A DNA stretch of 53,892 bases from a virus (lineage: Duplodnaviria > Caudoviricetes), in the IMG/VR virus record IMGVR_UViG_3300027906_000022, positions 1 to 53,892 of that record. One strand, 5' to 3'. Shown here one piece after another: positions 11,001 through 19,200 of the stretch. The notes under the pieces were generated by a model, which had not been told where the DNA came from, did no database searches, and was given only the letters and a program-made list of their open reading frames with translations. The first letter of the stretch is position 1; every line of letters starts with the position of its first letter. The translations under genes and the position numbers were made by a program.

Positions 11001-11692
11001 ATACTTTTACCTAAATTACTAGCGCTAATACCTATTATCTCATCATCAGTTTTAAGTTTTTTAGCATTTTTTAATTCTTTTAGTATTTGAATAGTTTCAT
11101 TTTTTCTTCTTTTACTAGGATCCAGTAATTCTACTAAATCTATTTCTTTATCACCTATCATAACCGAGTTACCCCAGGTTTCTCCAGCTTGAGGATCATA
11201 AAAAGGTACTTCTTTTCGTAACCAATTTACAATAGCATCTTCTTTTTGATGTAAAATTCTATCAGGATTTTCAATAGCTTGATCTAAAGTTAAAGTTGTG
11301 AGTTGGTCAGGATCGTTATTACGAGCTATAATTTGTGTTTCTAAATCTTTTCTGACTTTAGCTTCTTCTAGTCTTTGCGTGTTAAACTTACTAGAGGTAG
11401 GATTTGAAACACCATCTATATAATTGCTAGAATACTTGTCGTTATATTCTTTTTTAATATTATTTACTATTTTTGAATAACGAGAATTCGAAGCTTCCAA
11501 TTGTGATTCCAAAGATAAGGATGCTGTGTCCTCTCCCGCAGCCGCATCCAGAGCATTGGGGTCTTTCTTTACTTGTTTAACTTCTACTTTGTTAAAATAT
11601 TTAAAGTCTTCTAAACCAAGCCCTGCTTCATTAGCTAAAGCCTGGAGTTGTTCTAGAGTTAGTTTTTCTCCATTTAATATATATACTTCCAT
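2087..11692 (-). CDS. Giant (3201 aa) internal virion/ejection polyvalent protein
   Basis: Last and largest gene of the block after nozzle and GNAT; Gly/Ala-rich hydrophobic segments; HEFSH zincin motif, sigma-region-2-like segment, EEHSTP motif, HAD motifs VFDFDDT/LTAR/FADD. Confidence 0.75.
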   Translation of the reverse strand: MEVYILNGEKLTLEQLQALANEAGLGLEDFKYFNKVEVKQVKKDPNALDAAAGEDTASLSLESQLEASNSRYSKIVNNIKKEYNDKYSSNYIDGVSNPTSSKFNTQRLEEAKVRKDLETQIIARNNDPDQLTTLTLDQAIENPDRILHQKEDAIVNWLRKEVPFYDPQAGETWGNSVMIGDKEIDLVELLDPSKRRKNETIQILKELKNAKKLKTDDEIIGISASNLGKSIEENSKNVNSVNALLKDSTPYELEKITDIVEVGEGMNRGEEEVTTYNVLKDGEVIANLPAGDLDDFFQNNITKEEFKKMQERSFKALSTMAAIMDAKNHQDFVKIKDDPETRLDYFENNFGDDLIKELKANGSFSSEEIEAIKDYLLQQKKDTTSKFARAGMWGFYSNSKDIDQLATNYSTLEGLDDSLREKLIRSGINNQALENLASQGINDLIFNKINQGQTSLLGDFLSETKPKDLLQLANFYNDPNNIYKILQTKALKEGKTIEQYLGGNVFKDTDFKLDEDVLEMFEKGDIEETYELAGGMKNTWDFIGERLQEEDQKAQVEHIKTFYEPKIKEIVETINNIGEELPDGYTIVSSPTKTGPILSIRGTEKNPSSDRIADIETLSGKLASAQSTFHNLARDREVAIDELITNSEAFYASLADRKQYDYIIDAAHREYGLGNLIVKDVNDAFTSTFLALPTLFDSEWAIGKQKQLNDKNNYYKEMTGPEFSLEYITRTLGQQSANITLAIATAGGGSALGLSNAAVSNAIGIGFGTTAGTQTFRDLNIQVDAYDEALRQKEIYKKAFAKGEISEYNYTMAMRDIDKTLAMKRLNDNQILTASFSNGIIEGVFTKYLGTAPNSIKLIKDFSTVNRKLIAEQLFKGNYSKVTNLIGKPLAIRTGSEVFEELSIFGGQQIVTEAGILGRDIDEGEFKSGLNETFWATVVTAGLSQGTGIAYSGLNAVGITKEYEKAISKRRFNINGLSKTLQGKTFKKLSPEVQKALLFDIGEEMKEMGLAVDQNSIDLLNLGAPEINRLIGTQMIKRDFLVSEGINPFLSKAQTDTAIAAKKKTMTAQQVKDFDGVLNSLDTQINNIKETATKNNNYTIAKNALGNLYKSYNISLKNDTEYDSKSPKDKLVYIINKARTDFEQDAINKAKSNPRMVEWVDGLRLNKEGELTTDKRFKKLTNEQKENIYRNWGKKQALDASRAFGTQLNVNRNAKQILGDVKNVKVEEWTNDDKGIQLLIDTGLEVGTAEFADALNKLQENKTFGLVFGKTILTQNKEGMEADLAKGELRAGTVILHEFSHITDDARMKSPEAKAKYFNNLFKAAATSDNKALNRIHNEIVLDLNNIYGEINNENKVIWEDEYSKYLQERLYAYEDEVQIEKDDNFLTRVFNATDPGNLNTPEKALNYLAANNAAFRSGKLSKETIKAIDEYKGKDLKQSEKNINELAIEYKELPADKRASFILDTDFYRQYLNTALAAMGFNIAKGDIATDQAEGFAVDAFDRVTRSYKPGEGSFTNWIYKTIGREGSAKIGEEIERKKKLVRQSQAQEQTRLVAKETAEDAVNLEERKKSEGKGKSLVDPRKLPGVPTNIDNLIKVDKNDVVINPESRSYTTDFRSISDKYGSKVAGEIYGIDAGKLKKGADLTYAQNKVVDGRKVISEAERIQGDYANIQDAKKLISLYPEFNISTPTAVTTKQGQETKVDKDVQGRSLGIAPSVQNYFYEDYIDPKALNKETKKDAITNPKGRSKGSTSQTQVRRLKPEFRGTISNETIKKLQKDLGITGKGEFNVPPKGKARTEFGRLLIGLANLKGAIVANTVVDQKIQSLIKKGEIKSSKTAAEITANTRAGRRGVQYSEKLPQYTTSIMQKTRLLPKESGTKKSTREAEYLTEDVKKFRLSEGIEKTIIDRDRYLSDEVAAFEGEMFLEGMTRVINDFLNTYPEFRTFIKQATVFGIDRSAYGVTDIFNKNISITQGDQVNVKREPMTSNKMLTDAYVKEIKKPSYVTRQQDKIEVLYDFAKAVESYLHEETEVEVNGKIKKVKANEKNAWVFDEIRAEATNSQQSPFRTLFPVYLVEVDFNGKPLRNVKGTEEHSTPQNTIGTLLIQAAIDQRVDEVFPTVKALAMQGWLSDDVDNKVNKDYSKSMPYNLLKTGIELYNKGELKLPDGTLAAIRMSESGVDLGFQLYIPTGQTLSQIFFGTEDVKLVDQKQLMRDLFSGKRTQAEVKKEAKRLVKIQQKVDETFKPEAPVVITKDNTADKAMSDARNSVEYKESRKGISVFDFDDTLAQSNSKVLYTMPDGTTGTLTAGEFALEASGLTNLGAEFNFSEFNEVKEGRKGPLADLALKRQGKFGSKDIFVLTARPQSSAINIKKFLDEIGLNIPLANITGLENGTPEAKADWMVGKYADGYNDFYFADDAFKNIEAVKNVFDVLDVKSKVQQARVKFSDKLDKDFNDMIERNMGVKSEYTYSDILARRKGKNQKKWTLFIPPSADDFRGLTMYTFAGKGKRGELDQEFFDKALIKPYMAGVNAMQLAKNRIKNAYKVLQQTSPNVRKKLNKKIGGTKYTHDEAIRIYLWNKDGVTIPGLSKTDKNKIVSLVNADVDLVAFAEGVKLITKKDTYVPPNEFWDGTTIVGDLGRLAREINRKEYLKEFTDNADILFSPKNLNKIEAVYGFRIREALEDSLYRMKTGSNKQTGSSRIVNAWTTWINNSVGAIMFFNRRSALLQMLSAGNFVNWSDNNPLNAGIAFANQPQYWKDVAYLFNSPKLKARRAGLEGDINESEIAQASRQGGMQGVLSYLLKLGFTPTQIADSIAISTGGAAFYRNRINTYKKEGYTVEEAEAKAFEDFSAISDETQQSADPMLISSQQAGVLGRFVLAFQNTPMQYTRLMKKAGQDIVNGRGDIKTNLSKIVYYGFIQNLIFSALQNALFALVPGFDDEEEPDFKTDKERDAWLAKQTNQEDAKVKRIANNMIDTILRGSGVAGAVVSTIKNVILELSERTDMTALQKSRHNAELIIALTSVSPPLSSKLRKVNTALNIHDIDKDVIAERGYSVMLDDRFQLSPAYDVVGNVASGLLNIPLDRVFNEVNSITEALDNRNTDYQRIALGLGWKTWNVKAKIEEHDLIKTHAKSKRKAEGIEKGKQTRKDNKEKEKAHKRLRVQVLNALPGIMRDSIRRKEIKDKKITAIYKLNQLKAKYVE

Positions 11693-11702
11693 ATTTTATT
11701 TT

Positions 11703-13385
11703 TTAAAAGAGTGATGCTAAACTTGATGGTGGTATTGCTTGTGCGCCTATAACTTTCATTCCGTCTGTGCCTACTCTATAAACACCTGCTGGGTCTTCAC
11801 CTTTTGCTGGAAAATAAACTATTTGTTGATCGTAACCTTTTGGTTTTATCGGAACAGCAAACAGTGATCCAAGGTTTGGATTTTTTGCTTTTAAACCAGC
11901 TCTCATTCTTTCAGCAAAAGTAGGACCATCATCTTTAACAATTTTTTCTACATCATTAGTTACCCTCATATACACATCGTCACCCGCGCTATATGTTTGA
12001 CCTGCAGCATTAAGAACATTATTATCATTTAAATATTTAAGCAGTTTAGAATCTACTTTTTTTCTTACTAAACTTACTCCTTTGGTTGCGGGATCTTGCA
12101 TTCCTCCAAATATTCCTTCTTTACCAGTTAGTATATTATTTCTAATTTGTAAATTAATCCAAGTTTTTTTCTGTTCTAACGTACCTCCATCTAAAAAATC
12201 TTTTACAGAATCATAAGTTTTATTCCCCATAACAACTTTACCTGAAACATCATAATTATTAGCTAGGTTAGTTGCTATAACTGCAGTTCTATTTTCACTT
12301 AATAAAGTCGCAGTTTCTGAACTTATCATTGCATTGAATTCATCGCTATTGTTAAGTTTATTTATATCAACAATTTCATGTGATTTTATACTTACATTAT
12401 TATTAGCTAAATTTTCAGTAGTTTCATAAGTTAATATAGGTGTATCATCTTCAGTTCCTTCTCGATCTTGCCCTACGTTTGTATGAACAAACGCTTTATC
12501 CATAATATTATTATCTTTATCAGTGAACCCACTAACATGCAATACTTCATCTCTATTTAATTTTTCACCCATAGGTACAACAAAATCAAAACCTTCTTCA
12601 CCTTCGTAGGCATTAAAGTTTATCTCTCTTTCAAAAATATAATTACCATTTTCATCTTGTTTTATATTACCAGCTTCAATACCATTTTTAAGTACATCTT
12701 TAAATTTAGGATGTGCTTTCATATGTGTTATAAACGAACTGTTAGCAGGAATACTAACTTTAGAATGCAACACATTGTCATTACCTGAAACTTTAAGTGT
12801 TCGCGAAGAAGTAGCTCCGTCATAAAGAGTATTAATATCTGCCCCTGAACTTGCGTCTAATGTTATAGTGTTTAAAAGTTGTTCGCCGGTTTCCATATCA
12901 CCTATTACAGTATCTGTATTATTAGAATCTAATTTAGATTTTTTATATGCTTCTACATCCGCCAGATATCTACCCATAGTAGTTAAACTTTTGTTATTAT
13001 ACCTGCTAAAATTTGTAAGTATTTCTCTTTTAGCTTTTTCATCTTCGGGGGATAAATCTCCAAACTGTATATCTATTTGAGCTTGAGTAGCTTCTTCCCC
13101 TCTTTTTATAACTTCTGCAGACCACTGTTCATAAATACCTTTATCTTTAATTTGTTCTTCTCCTTTTAGTAATAAACCATCGACAATTTGATCATTAGCT
13201 AACATAGTTGAAACCCTATATTCATTTTTTAATTGTTTCAATTCATTAGTTTTCTTTTGATTAGCTACATAAGCGTTACCTAGTTGTGCAAACATGTTTC
13301 CAAGTGAAGTTAATCCTTGTCCACCTGGGTTAACTTCTAGTTTATTAGAGATTGTATAGTCTGCTCCTGGTATTTTATATCCCAT
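11703..13385 (-). CDS. Internal virion/ejection protein (putative)
   Basis: 560 aa; lies between the small Ala-rich ejection protein and the giant protein, like the three-gene podovirus core block. Synteny only. Confidence 0.5.
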   Translation of the reverse strand: MGYKIPGADYTISNKLEVNPGGQGLTSLGNMFAQLGNAYVANQKKTNELKQLKNEYRVSTMLANDQIVDGLLLKGEEQIKDKGIYEQWSAEVIKRGEEATQAQIDIQFGDLSPEDEKAKREILTNFSRYNNKSLTTMGRYLADVEAYKKSKLDSNNTDTVIGDMETGEQLLNTITLDASSGADINTLYDGATSSRTLKVSGNDNVLHSKVSIPANSSFITHMKAHPKFKDVLKNGIEAGNIKQDENGNYIFEREINFNAYEGEEGFDFVVPMGEKLNRDEVLHVSGFTDKDNNIMDKAFVHTNVGQDREGTEDDTPILTYETTENLANNNVSIKSHEIVDINKLNNSDEFNAMISSETATLLSENRTAVIATNLANNYDVSGKVVMGNKTYDSVKDFLDGGTLEQKKTWINLQIRNNILTGKEGIFGGMQDPATKGVSLVRKKVDSKLLKYLNDNNVLNAAGQTYSAGDDVYMRVTNDVEKIVKDDGPTFAERMRAGLKAKNPNLGSLFAVPIKPKGYDQQIVYFPAKGEDPAGVYRVGTDGMKVIGAQAIPPSSLASLF

Positions 13386-13528
13386 ATTGTTTTATTATTT
13401 AAAAAGTTTTTTTATATGCCCTATAAGCTTTTCTACTTGTATCTACATTTTTCATTAAACCTGCTTGATACATTCCAGATTTATTCATTGCATTACTAGA
13501 CCAATCCTTGTAACTCATGGGGGTATTA

Positions 13529-13554
13529 GCGCCGCCTCCGGCACCTACTTTCCC
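13529..13554 (-). other. Predicted -1 programmed ribosomal frameshift signal
   Basis: In-frame G_GGA_AAG (13554-13548) immediately before TAG, then hairpin GTGCCG-GAGG-CGGCGC; the -1 frame is open for 49 codons to TAA at 13399. Confidence 0.65.
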
Positions 13555-14318
13555 ATACCCATGGTAAAGGCAGAGCTTGCAACCCCACTAGCAACATTAC
13601 CTATTCCAGTAAATATTCCTGCAGTAGCAGCATCTCTTCTTTGTCTAGATGCATCTTCTCTTTGAGCAGCTCCAGTTTCTTTAGATATATTATAAGCAAT
13701 ATCTGCGTTATCTCTATCTTCTTGTGCTTCAAACTCAAATAATTTCCCTTGAGCATCTGCAGCTTGTTCTCTTTGACCTTCAGATATTGCAATACCTTGT
13801 AACCTTTGTTGTTCTGTTATTTGTGCTTGCATTAAGTTTTGAGCACCTTGAGCTTTTAGTTGTTCGTTTCGAGCCTCTTGTTGTTCTATACTAGCGGCTA
13901 CCCCAGACTTACTTGCTAAAGCAGCTTGTGCTAAAGCAGTTGCTCCACCCGCGCTAGCTCCTGTAGCTCTTAACATGTCTAAAGTATTAGCTAATGATAT
14001 ATCAGCTTCTTCTGCTTGAATTTCAGCAGCTTGTGTAGCAACCCCTAATTGAGCATAAGGGTTACTCATCATACCGGTTAGATCAGTTGCCATGTCAGCT
14101 AATGATGTAACACCTGCATAAGGATTTATAATTTTTTGTCTAGCATCTTGTAATTCTTTTACTTTAAACGCCGCCGCTTCTTTTGCATCTCGTGCCCTAC
14201 GCATTGATTTGTGCTCTTGGCCTGATTGTACTGCGCCTCCAACAACGGCTGCGGTTGCTGCTGTTCCTGCGGCTACTGCCCCAATCGTTAAGGCTGTTGT
14301 TGCTGATATTACTGCCAT
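13545..14318 (-). CDS. Small ejection/pilot protein (T7 gp14 / P22 gp7-like position and composition)
   Basis: Ala/Gly-rich hydrophobic N-terminus, Gln/Ala-rich helical core, Gly-rich C-terminal segment; follows the GNAT gene. Confidence 0.6.
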   Translation of the reverse strand: MAVISATTALTIGAVAAGTAATAAVVGGAVQSGQEHKSMRRARDAKEAAAFKVKELQDARQKIINPYAGVTSLADMATDLTGMMSNPYAQLGVATQAAEIQAEEADISLANTLDMLRATGASAGGATALAQAALASKSGVAASIEQQEARNEQLKAQGAQNLMQAQITEQQRLQGIAISEGQREQAADAQGKLFEFEAQEDRDNADIAYNISKETGAAQREDASRQRRDAATAGIFTGIGNVASGVASSAFTMGMGK

Positions 14319-14329
14319 ATCCTTTAATT

Positions 14330-14731
14330 TTAAATTATCACTTTTATCATTTCGTGTGATGGGGTTTTATCTATACTCCACCCTATTTTTTCATGTATTT
14401 TTAATAAGCTATTACTCCTACTTATAGACATCATGTATTTACTCCCAGCTTCTTTAACCATTTGTTCTGCTGTAAGTATTAACAGTTCTATAGCTTGTTT
14501 ACGTATTTTTTTATCTGCATTAGGATTAGATATAATCCAGTCAAGCCATACCATTTTAGAATTGCTCCAGTATAAAAATCCAGCTACTATATTTTCACCT
14601 TCATTCTCTATCATTATACCACCCGTACCATTATCCGGTAACATATCTTTTGCCATTACGGGCCAATTCCACGCTTTCCACCAGTCTGATAATATTTCAT
14701 AATCAGACTCAGTTAATGTTCTTGTATTCAT
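14330..14731 (-). CDS. GNAT-fold acetyltransferase-like morphogenesis protein
   Basis: GNAT pattern (IVAGFLY..., WIISNP, LLILTAEQMVKEAG, HEKIGW); position matches T7 gp13 / P22 gp14. Confidence 0.7.
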   Translation of the reverse strand: MNTRTLTESDYEILSDWWKAWNWPVMAKDMLPDNGTGGIMIENEGENIVAGFLYWSNSKMVWLDWIISNPNADKKIRKQAIELLILTAEQMVKEAGSKYMMSISRSNSLLKIHEKIGWSIDKTPSHEMIKVII

Positions 14732-14741
14732 TTAATTTAAT

Positions 14742-16181
14742 TTAATATGATGACTCTACAAAATCTGAAGATACAGCAAATAATTCTACTGGATTAGATC
14801 TTGATGTGTCGTCTGTTTCTATTGTGACAGTTGCATAATAACCTTTAACACCAGTCATTGCGCTACCAAAAATAACTTCACCTGTCGTTGCTGTACTATT
14901 ATTTACTAAGTTTGCAAAGTATTTTCCTTCTTTTTTAACAAAACCAGCATAACGTACGGGTTGATTAGCTAATAGCACTGCGGTTCCTGTGTTACCAGCC
15001 GAGTCATAAGCTCCATCAGTATAACTTAACACCGTGTTACAAGAATCTACTAATTCAAAAGATCTTGCGGCATCAAATTGACTCACCTCCCAACCATTAC
15101 TACCTTCGTAGTTAACTGTTTTAAATACTTTAGACAAACTCACCTCCGGATTAAAAACAAATTGTATAGAAGAATTGTATTGGGTTCCGTAAAAATTATT
15201 TCTATTAGGTGGTATAGTTGTAGTATCGTAATGTTTCCATAACCCTCCATCTTTAAAGCTATAATAATTACTTTGTAAACTGAAGATTTGATCTGGTATA
15301 TAGTTGAAAAAACTTGTCCAACCTAATACTCTTTCGTCAAAAACTAATGTAGCTGTAGAAGGAGAAGGGTTAATAGTACCATCATGTGCTTTAGGACTTT
15401 GTTGTAGTGATAATACATATTGTTTATTATATATATCATAAGCCCCTAATGCTTTTCCCGCACCCCAAGTTGTACTATCTAATACACCAAATTGATCTCT
15501 AAAATAATCAATCATTCCGTAATTAGCTATTTCTGTTATACCATCTCTAGATAATCTTAATACTGCATTTCTATTTTTATCAGTAAAATATTTTTGATAT
15601 CCATATACTGCAAAACTTTCTGGATTATTACTAATACCATATTCACCTGCATAAGGAATTATATCACCTATAACCATATTAGAAGCTGATAAACTTCCTC
15701 CACCTTCAGCATTATAAATAACATCTTTATCTATAGGTGCTCTACTAACTTTATCTTGTTGGAAAATAATCAATGCTGTATCTTCAGCATATAATTTTTG
15801 GATAGAACCGTTGATTGGATCAGCAGCTTTTGTGATATCAGTACCCACGGAGAAAACATTTGAATTGTTTATACCAGTTCGTGAGTTAAAAATACCTGAA
15901 TAAATCATAGCATTTGATCTCACAGAAGAATTAGGTTCATCTTCTACTAAATAAGCTTTAACCCCGTAGTCTACGTTAGTATTATTATAACCACCCCTTA
16001 TTCTCGCCTCTTCTATAACCCAACTATCTGCATTTACTGACGTAGCAAAAACTGGATAATGACCATCAACTCCTGTAGGTACACCAAAAGAACCATTCCA
16101 ACCCGGCGCGCTTGTTGCTGAGTCATAAGTCTTTTTCAAAAGAAAAGAATTAAAGTATTTTACTTCTATAATAGCTCCCAT
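14742..16181 (-). CDS. Tail nozzle/stabilisation protein, C-terminal part
   Basis: Propeller-like motifs GSIQKL, GEYGISNNPESFA.YG..KYFTDKNR.AVLRLSRDGITEI, GWTSFF, KEGKYF resemble crAss-like muzzle / P22 gp10-type proteins. Confidence 0.7.
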   Translation of the reverse strand: MGAIIEVKYFNSFLLKKTYDSATSAPGWNGSFGVPTGVDGHYPVFATSVNADSWVIEEARIRGGYNNTNVDYGVKAYLVEDEPNSSVRSNAMIYSGIFNSRTGINNSNVFSVGTDITKAADPINGSIQKLYAEDTALIIFQQDKVSRAPIDKDVIYNAEGGGSLSASNMVIGDIIPYAGEYGISNNPESFAVYGYQKYFTDKNRNAVLRLSRDGITEIANYGMIDYFRDQFGVLDSTTWGAGKALGAYDIYNKQYVLSLQQSPKAHDGTINPSPSTATLVFDERVLGWTSFFNYIPDQIFSLQSNYYSFKDGGLWKHYDTTTIPPNRNNFYGTQYNSSIQFVFNPEVSLSKVFKTVNYEGSNGWEVSQFDAARSFELVDSCNTVLSYTDGAYDSAGNTGTAVLLANQPVRYAGFVKKEGKYFANLVNNSTATTGEVIFGSAMTGVKGYYATVTIETDDTSRSNPVELFAVSSDFVESSY

Positions 16182-16183
16182 AT

Positions 16184-16212
16184 TATTATCACTTATTTAT
16201 TAATTTACTTAC
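16184..16212 (-). promoter_or_regulatory. Putative late promoter GTAAG-N15-GTGATAATA
   Basis: Same bipartite spacing as the sites at 32528, 39592 and 50761. Confidence 0.5.
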
Positions 16213-19200
16213 TAGGGATAAAGTACGGGTGCAGACACGGTAGTTCTAGCACCAAGTGCATTAAACGTAGCAGTATAAGATCCATCTTTAGTGTATTCCC
16301 AATTAACACTTGGTCTATAAAATGTTTTAACAACACTTCCACCAAATGTAGCTTTTGTAGTAAGGTTTAAATCAGTATATAATTGAGTTACATATTTAGT
16401 TATATGTTCTTTAGCATAATAAGTTACACCACCTACATTATATTGATATTGTTGAGGAGTAGAAACACCACCTGCATAATTATAATCCCCCATTATAAAC
16501 CCTTGACTTACATTTATATTTTTAGTAGAAGCACAATTATTCCAATTACAACCTGTTCCTTCTAACGCCCCCATTGTTATTCTATATTCGCCTGGTAAGT
16601 CAAAAGCAAAAACTCTTCTTACTCCAGACGTACTAGTTAAACTAGCTCCTAAAGTCATTTTATTTGTACCACTTGTATTAGTCATTCCTCCTTCACCTAC
16701 TGCTCCATATGAACCAGAATATGTACCACTATAATCAGATGTAGTACTTACCCCAATCAATGAATTATCAACATCTACTGCCACGGTCCAAGGGCTAGCA
16801 GAACTTGCTCTATATTCTACTGTTGCTTGTACTTCAATAGCTCCAGAAAGCCCTGTGTTACTTGATTCTCCCCAAAATTGTACGTAAAAAGCTCCTTCAC
16901 TTATACCTAAACCAGCTGACTGTTTGTCTCTAATGAAAGTGTAATCACCTGTATCACCTGGAGTTGTACAATAAAGACTGCTGTTAGTTGTAGCTGGAGC
17001 AACTAAAGAAGTTCCATATACATTAGCAGCGATTGGTCCTGTAGGTGTTGTATCTAAAGCAGTATAACTTGGGCTAAAATAATATCTTGAACCATCTCCA
17101 TCGTTCATAGGGGGAGAAGTTTGAACAAATCTACCAGGAACCTCAGGTTGACCTATTGTAATATTTAAAGTACAATCAGCTGTTAATCCACCTGCATCTG
17201 TTACTCTAGCAACTACAGCGTAAGTTGCAGCTCCAGTAGCAGCCGTAATTACACCTTGGTTAGCTACTGTTGTCATTGTAAATATACTAACTGGACTTCC
17301 TCCTTGTGTTTGAGATACAATAGACCATGTTAAGTTATCTGTATCTCTTGTGGTATCTGCAGATCCATTTTTACCTGTTAATGTAACTATAGCAGGCAAA
17401 GCATCAGTGGTTACCGTAATATTTCTTGGACATGTACCATCTATTGTAGGTGGTATATTACCTAATTGTCCTGATTGAGCTGGTGGAGTACTTTCGTCTC
17501 CACTTATATCATATGTAAAATTAAATTCATAATTACCAGTAGTAGAAGCATCAGGTCCATAATAAAATTTCTCAGCCGTTTTTAATTCATATGTATAAGG
17601 ACTTCCCGCAGATTCTACTAATGTAAATTTACTTGTAACATTTTCAGGTATTGCTTTGCTATCAAAAACACTCCATTTTCCATTTGCTGGATCAGTATCA
17701 ATTCTTGCACTAGGTATTTGAGTTCCAATAACATCTTCCCCGTAAAACGGACCAGCAACTACAGTATTAAGTGCATCATCTTCTTCTAAATTAAGTACAA
17801 ATCCTCCAGTAGACCATACTCCTCCCGTGTCTGTAGCAACCGCCGTGTTTAAATCTGATATTAAACCTGTTGTAGAAGTTTCCCAGTAAATATCTAATCT
17901 AGAAACTTCTGGTTCAGTTTCATAAATTGCTAAATATTCTATAGGATCATAAGGGCTACTTGCATCTGCTATTACTCCAAAAGCTTGAGTAGTAATTACT
18001 TGTCCTATTAAAGGATTAGATTTAGCTGTATAAAAACCCCATACATCAAGTGTATTAACTATAGTAACATCTATATCAAATAGATCTCTTAAATCTTGAA
18101 TAATACTAACTGTATCACTTAATCTTCCGGGATAAAACTGTTCGTTACCAGCTGTTGTTACCACTCCGGTCGCTGCATCATTTTGAACTCTACCAAATAA
18201 TTGTACAGAACTTCTAAATTGTTTTTGTTGTGGTCCAACTTCACTAAGATCTCTAGGAACTTTATTTATATTATCATTTATTAATACAATATTTGATAAA
18301 GCTCCACCAGTGTTTGTTCCATCAGGATTACCTTTCATCACTCCAGGTAAATATACATTATAATATTCTTGTTCTTGTTGTTTAACTACAATTTTATAAG
18401 AATACCAACCTAAAGGATTATAGTTTGCGTTAGTTTTATCTGAATTATATAAACCCGGGGTACCATTTTCTTTAGGTACTATAGCTGGAGAATCACTATT
18501 AATCGTGTCATTAAATAAAACTTTTAAAGATTCGCCTGGCCAAGCTGGAGCAACTGTATCTGCACAACCACCAGTTGCAGGGTCACAACGATAAGGACTA
18601 TAAACAGTATCAGCTCCAAATCCCCCAGCTGTTAAGCTTGCTAAACTATTAGATAATATTGTGCTTGATTGTCTACCAAATTTATCTGATAAAACAATAC
18701 CAACTTGATAATTTCTATTCTGTTTTAGAGAATGATTAGGATATTCAGTAATTGCGTGACTACTATACGCTAATGTGTTTGCTGCTTTATCAGACACACC
18801 TACTTGATAATCTAAAGAAGGAGGTGGAGTATGTTTGTCTTGAAAATTACCATATGTAATTCTATTACTTATTAACTCTTGAGCTTTAGCTCTTACAGGT
18901 ACTCTATCATATACCCTTATTAATTCATCTTCTGGTAAAGTTTTATAAGGTTTTGTAGATTCATAACTATAAATATACACATCATCCGTAAGACTAGTAT
19001 TCCATGGAGGAGCATTTTCTACTTTAATAGTATCTACTACTCTTATAGCTTGGCCATCAGATTCTTTATATAGAATATCTATTTCTGTAATTTTAATTGG
19101 GGATGTTGTTGTAGCTTGAAGAACAGCGCGGGTTGCAGGAAGAGGAATAAGTAAATCTATTTTTGTTACTTTGTTTTCCATAAAATCTACAATAGTACTT

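Noticed and set aside
2087-11692. Virion RNA polymerase call for the giant protein
   Set aside because: No DxDGD/DFDID-type catalytic motif; the nearest are KDFDGV (third Asp missing) and VFDFDDT, which fits HAD motif I with matching motifs II-IV.
13545-13547. TAG stop-codon reassignment or readthrough
   Set aside because: Frame 0 hits TGA about 10 codons later, and long genes are intact under the standard code, so the -1 frame is the better explanation.
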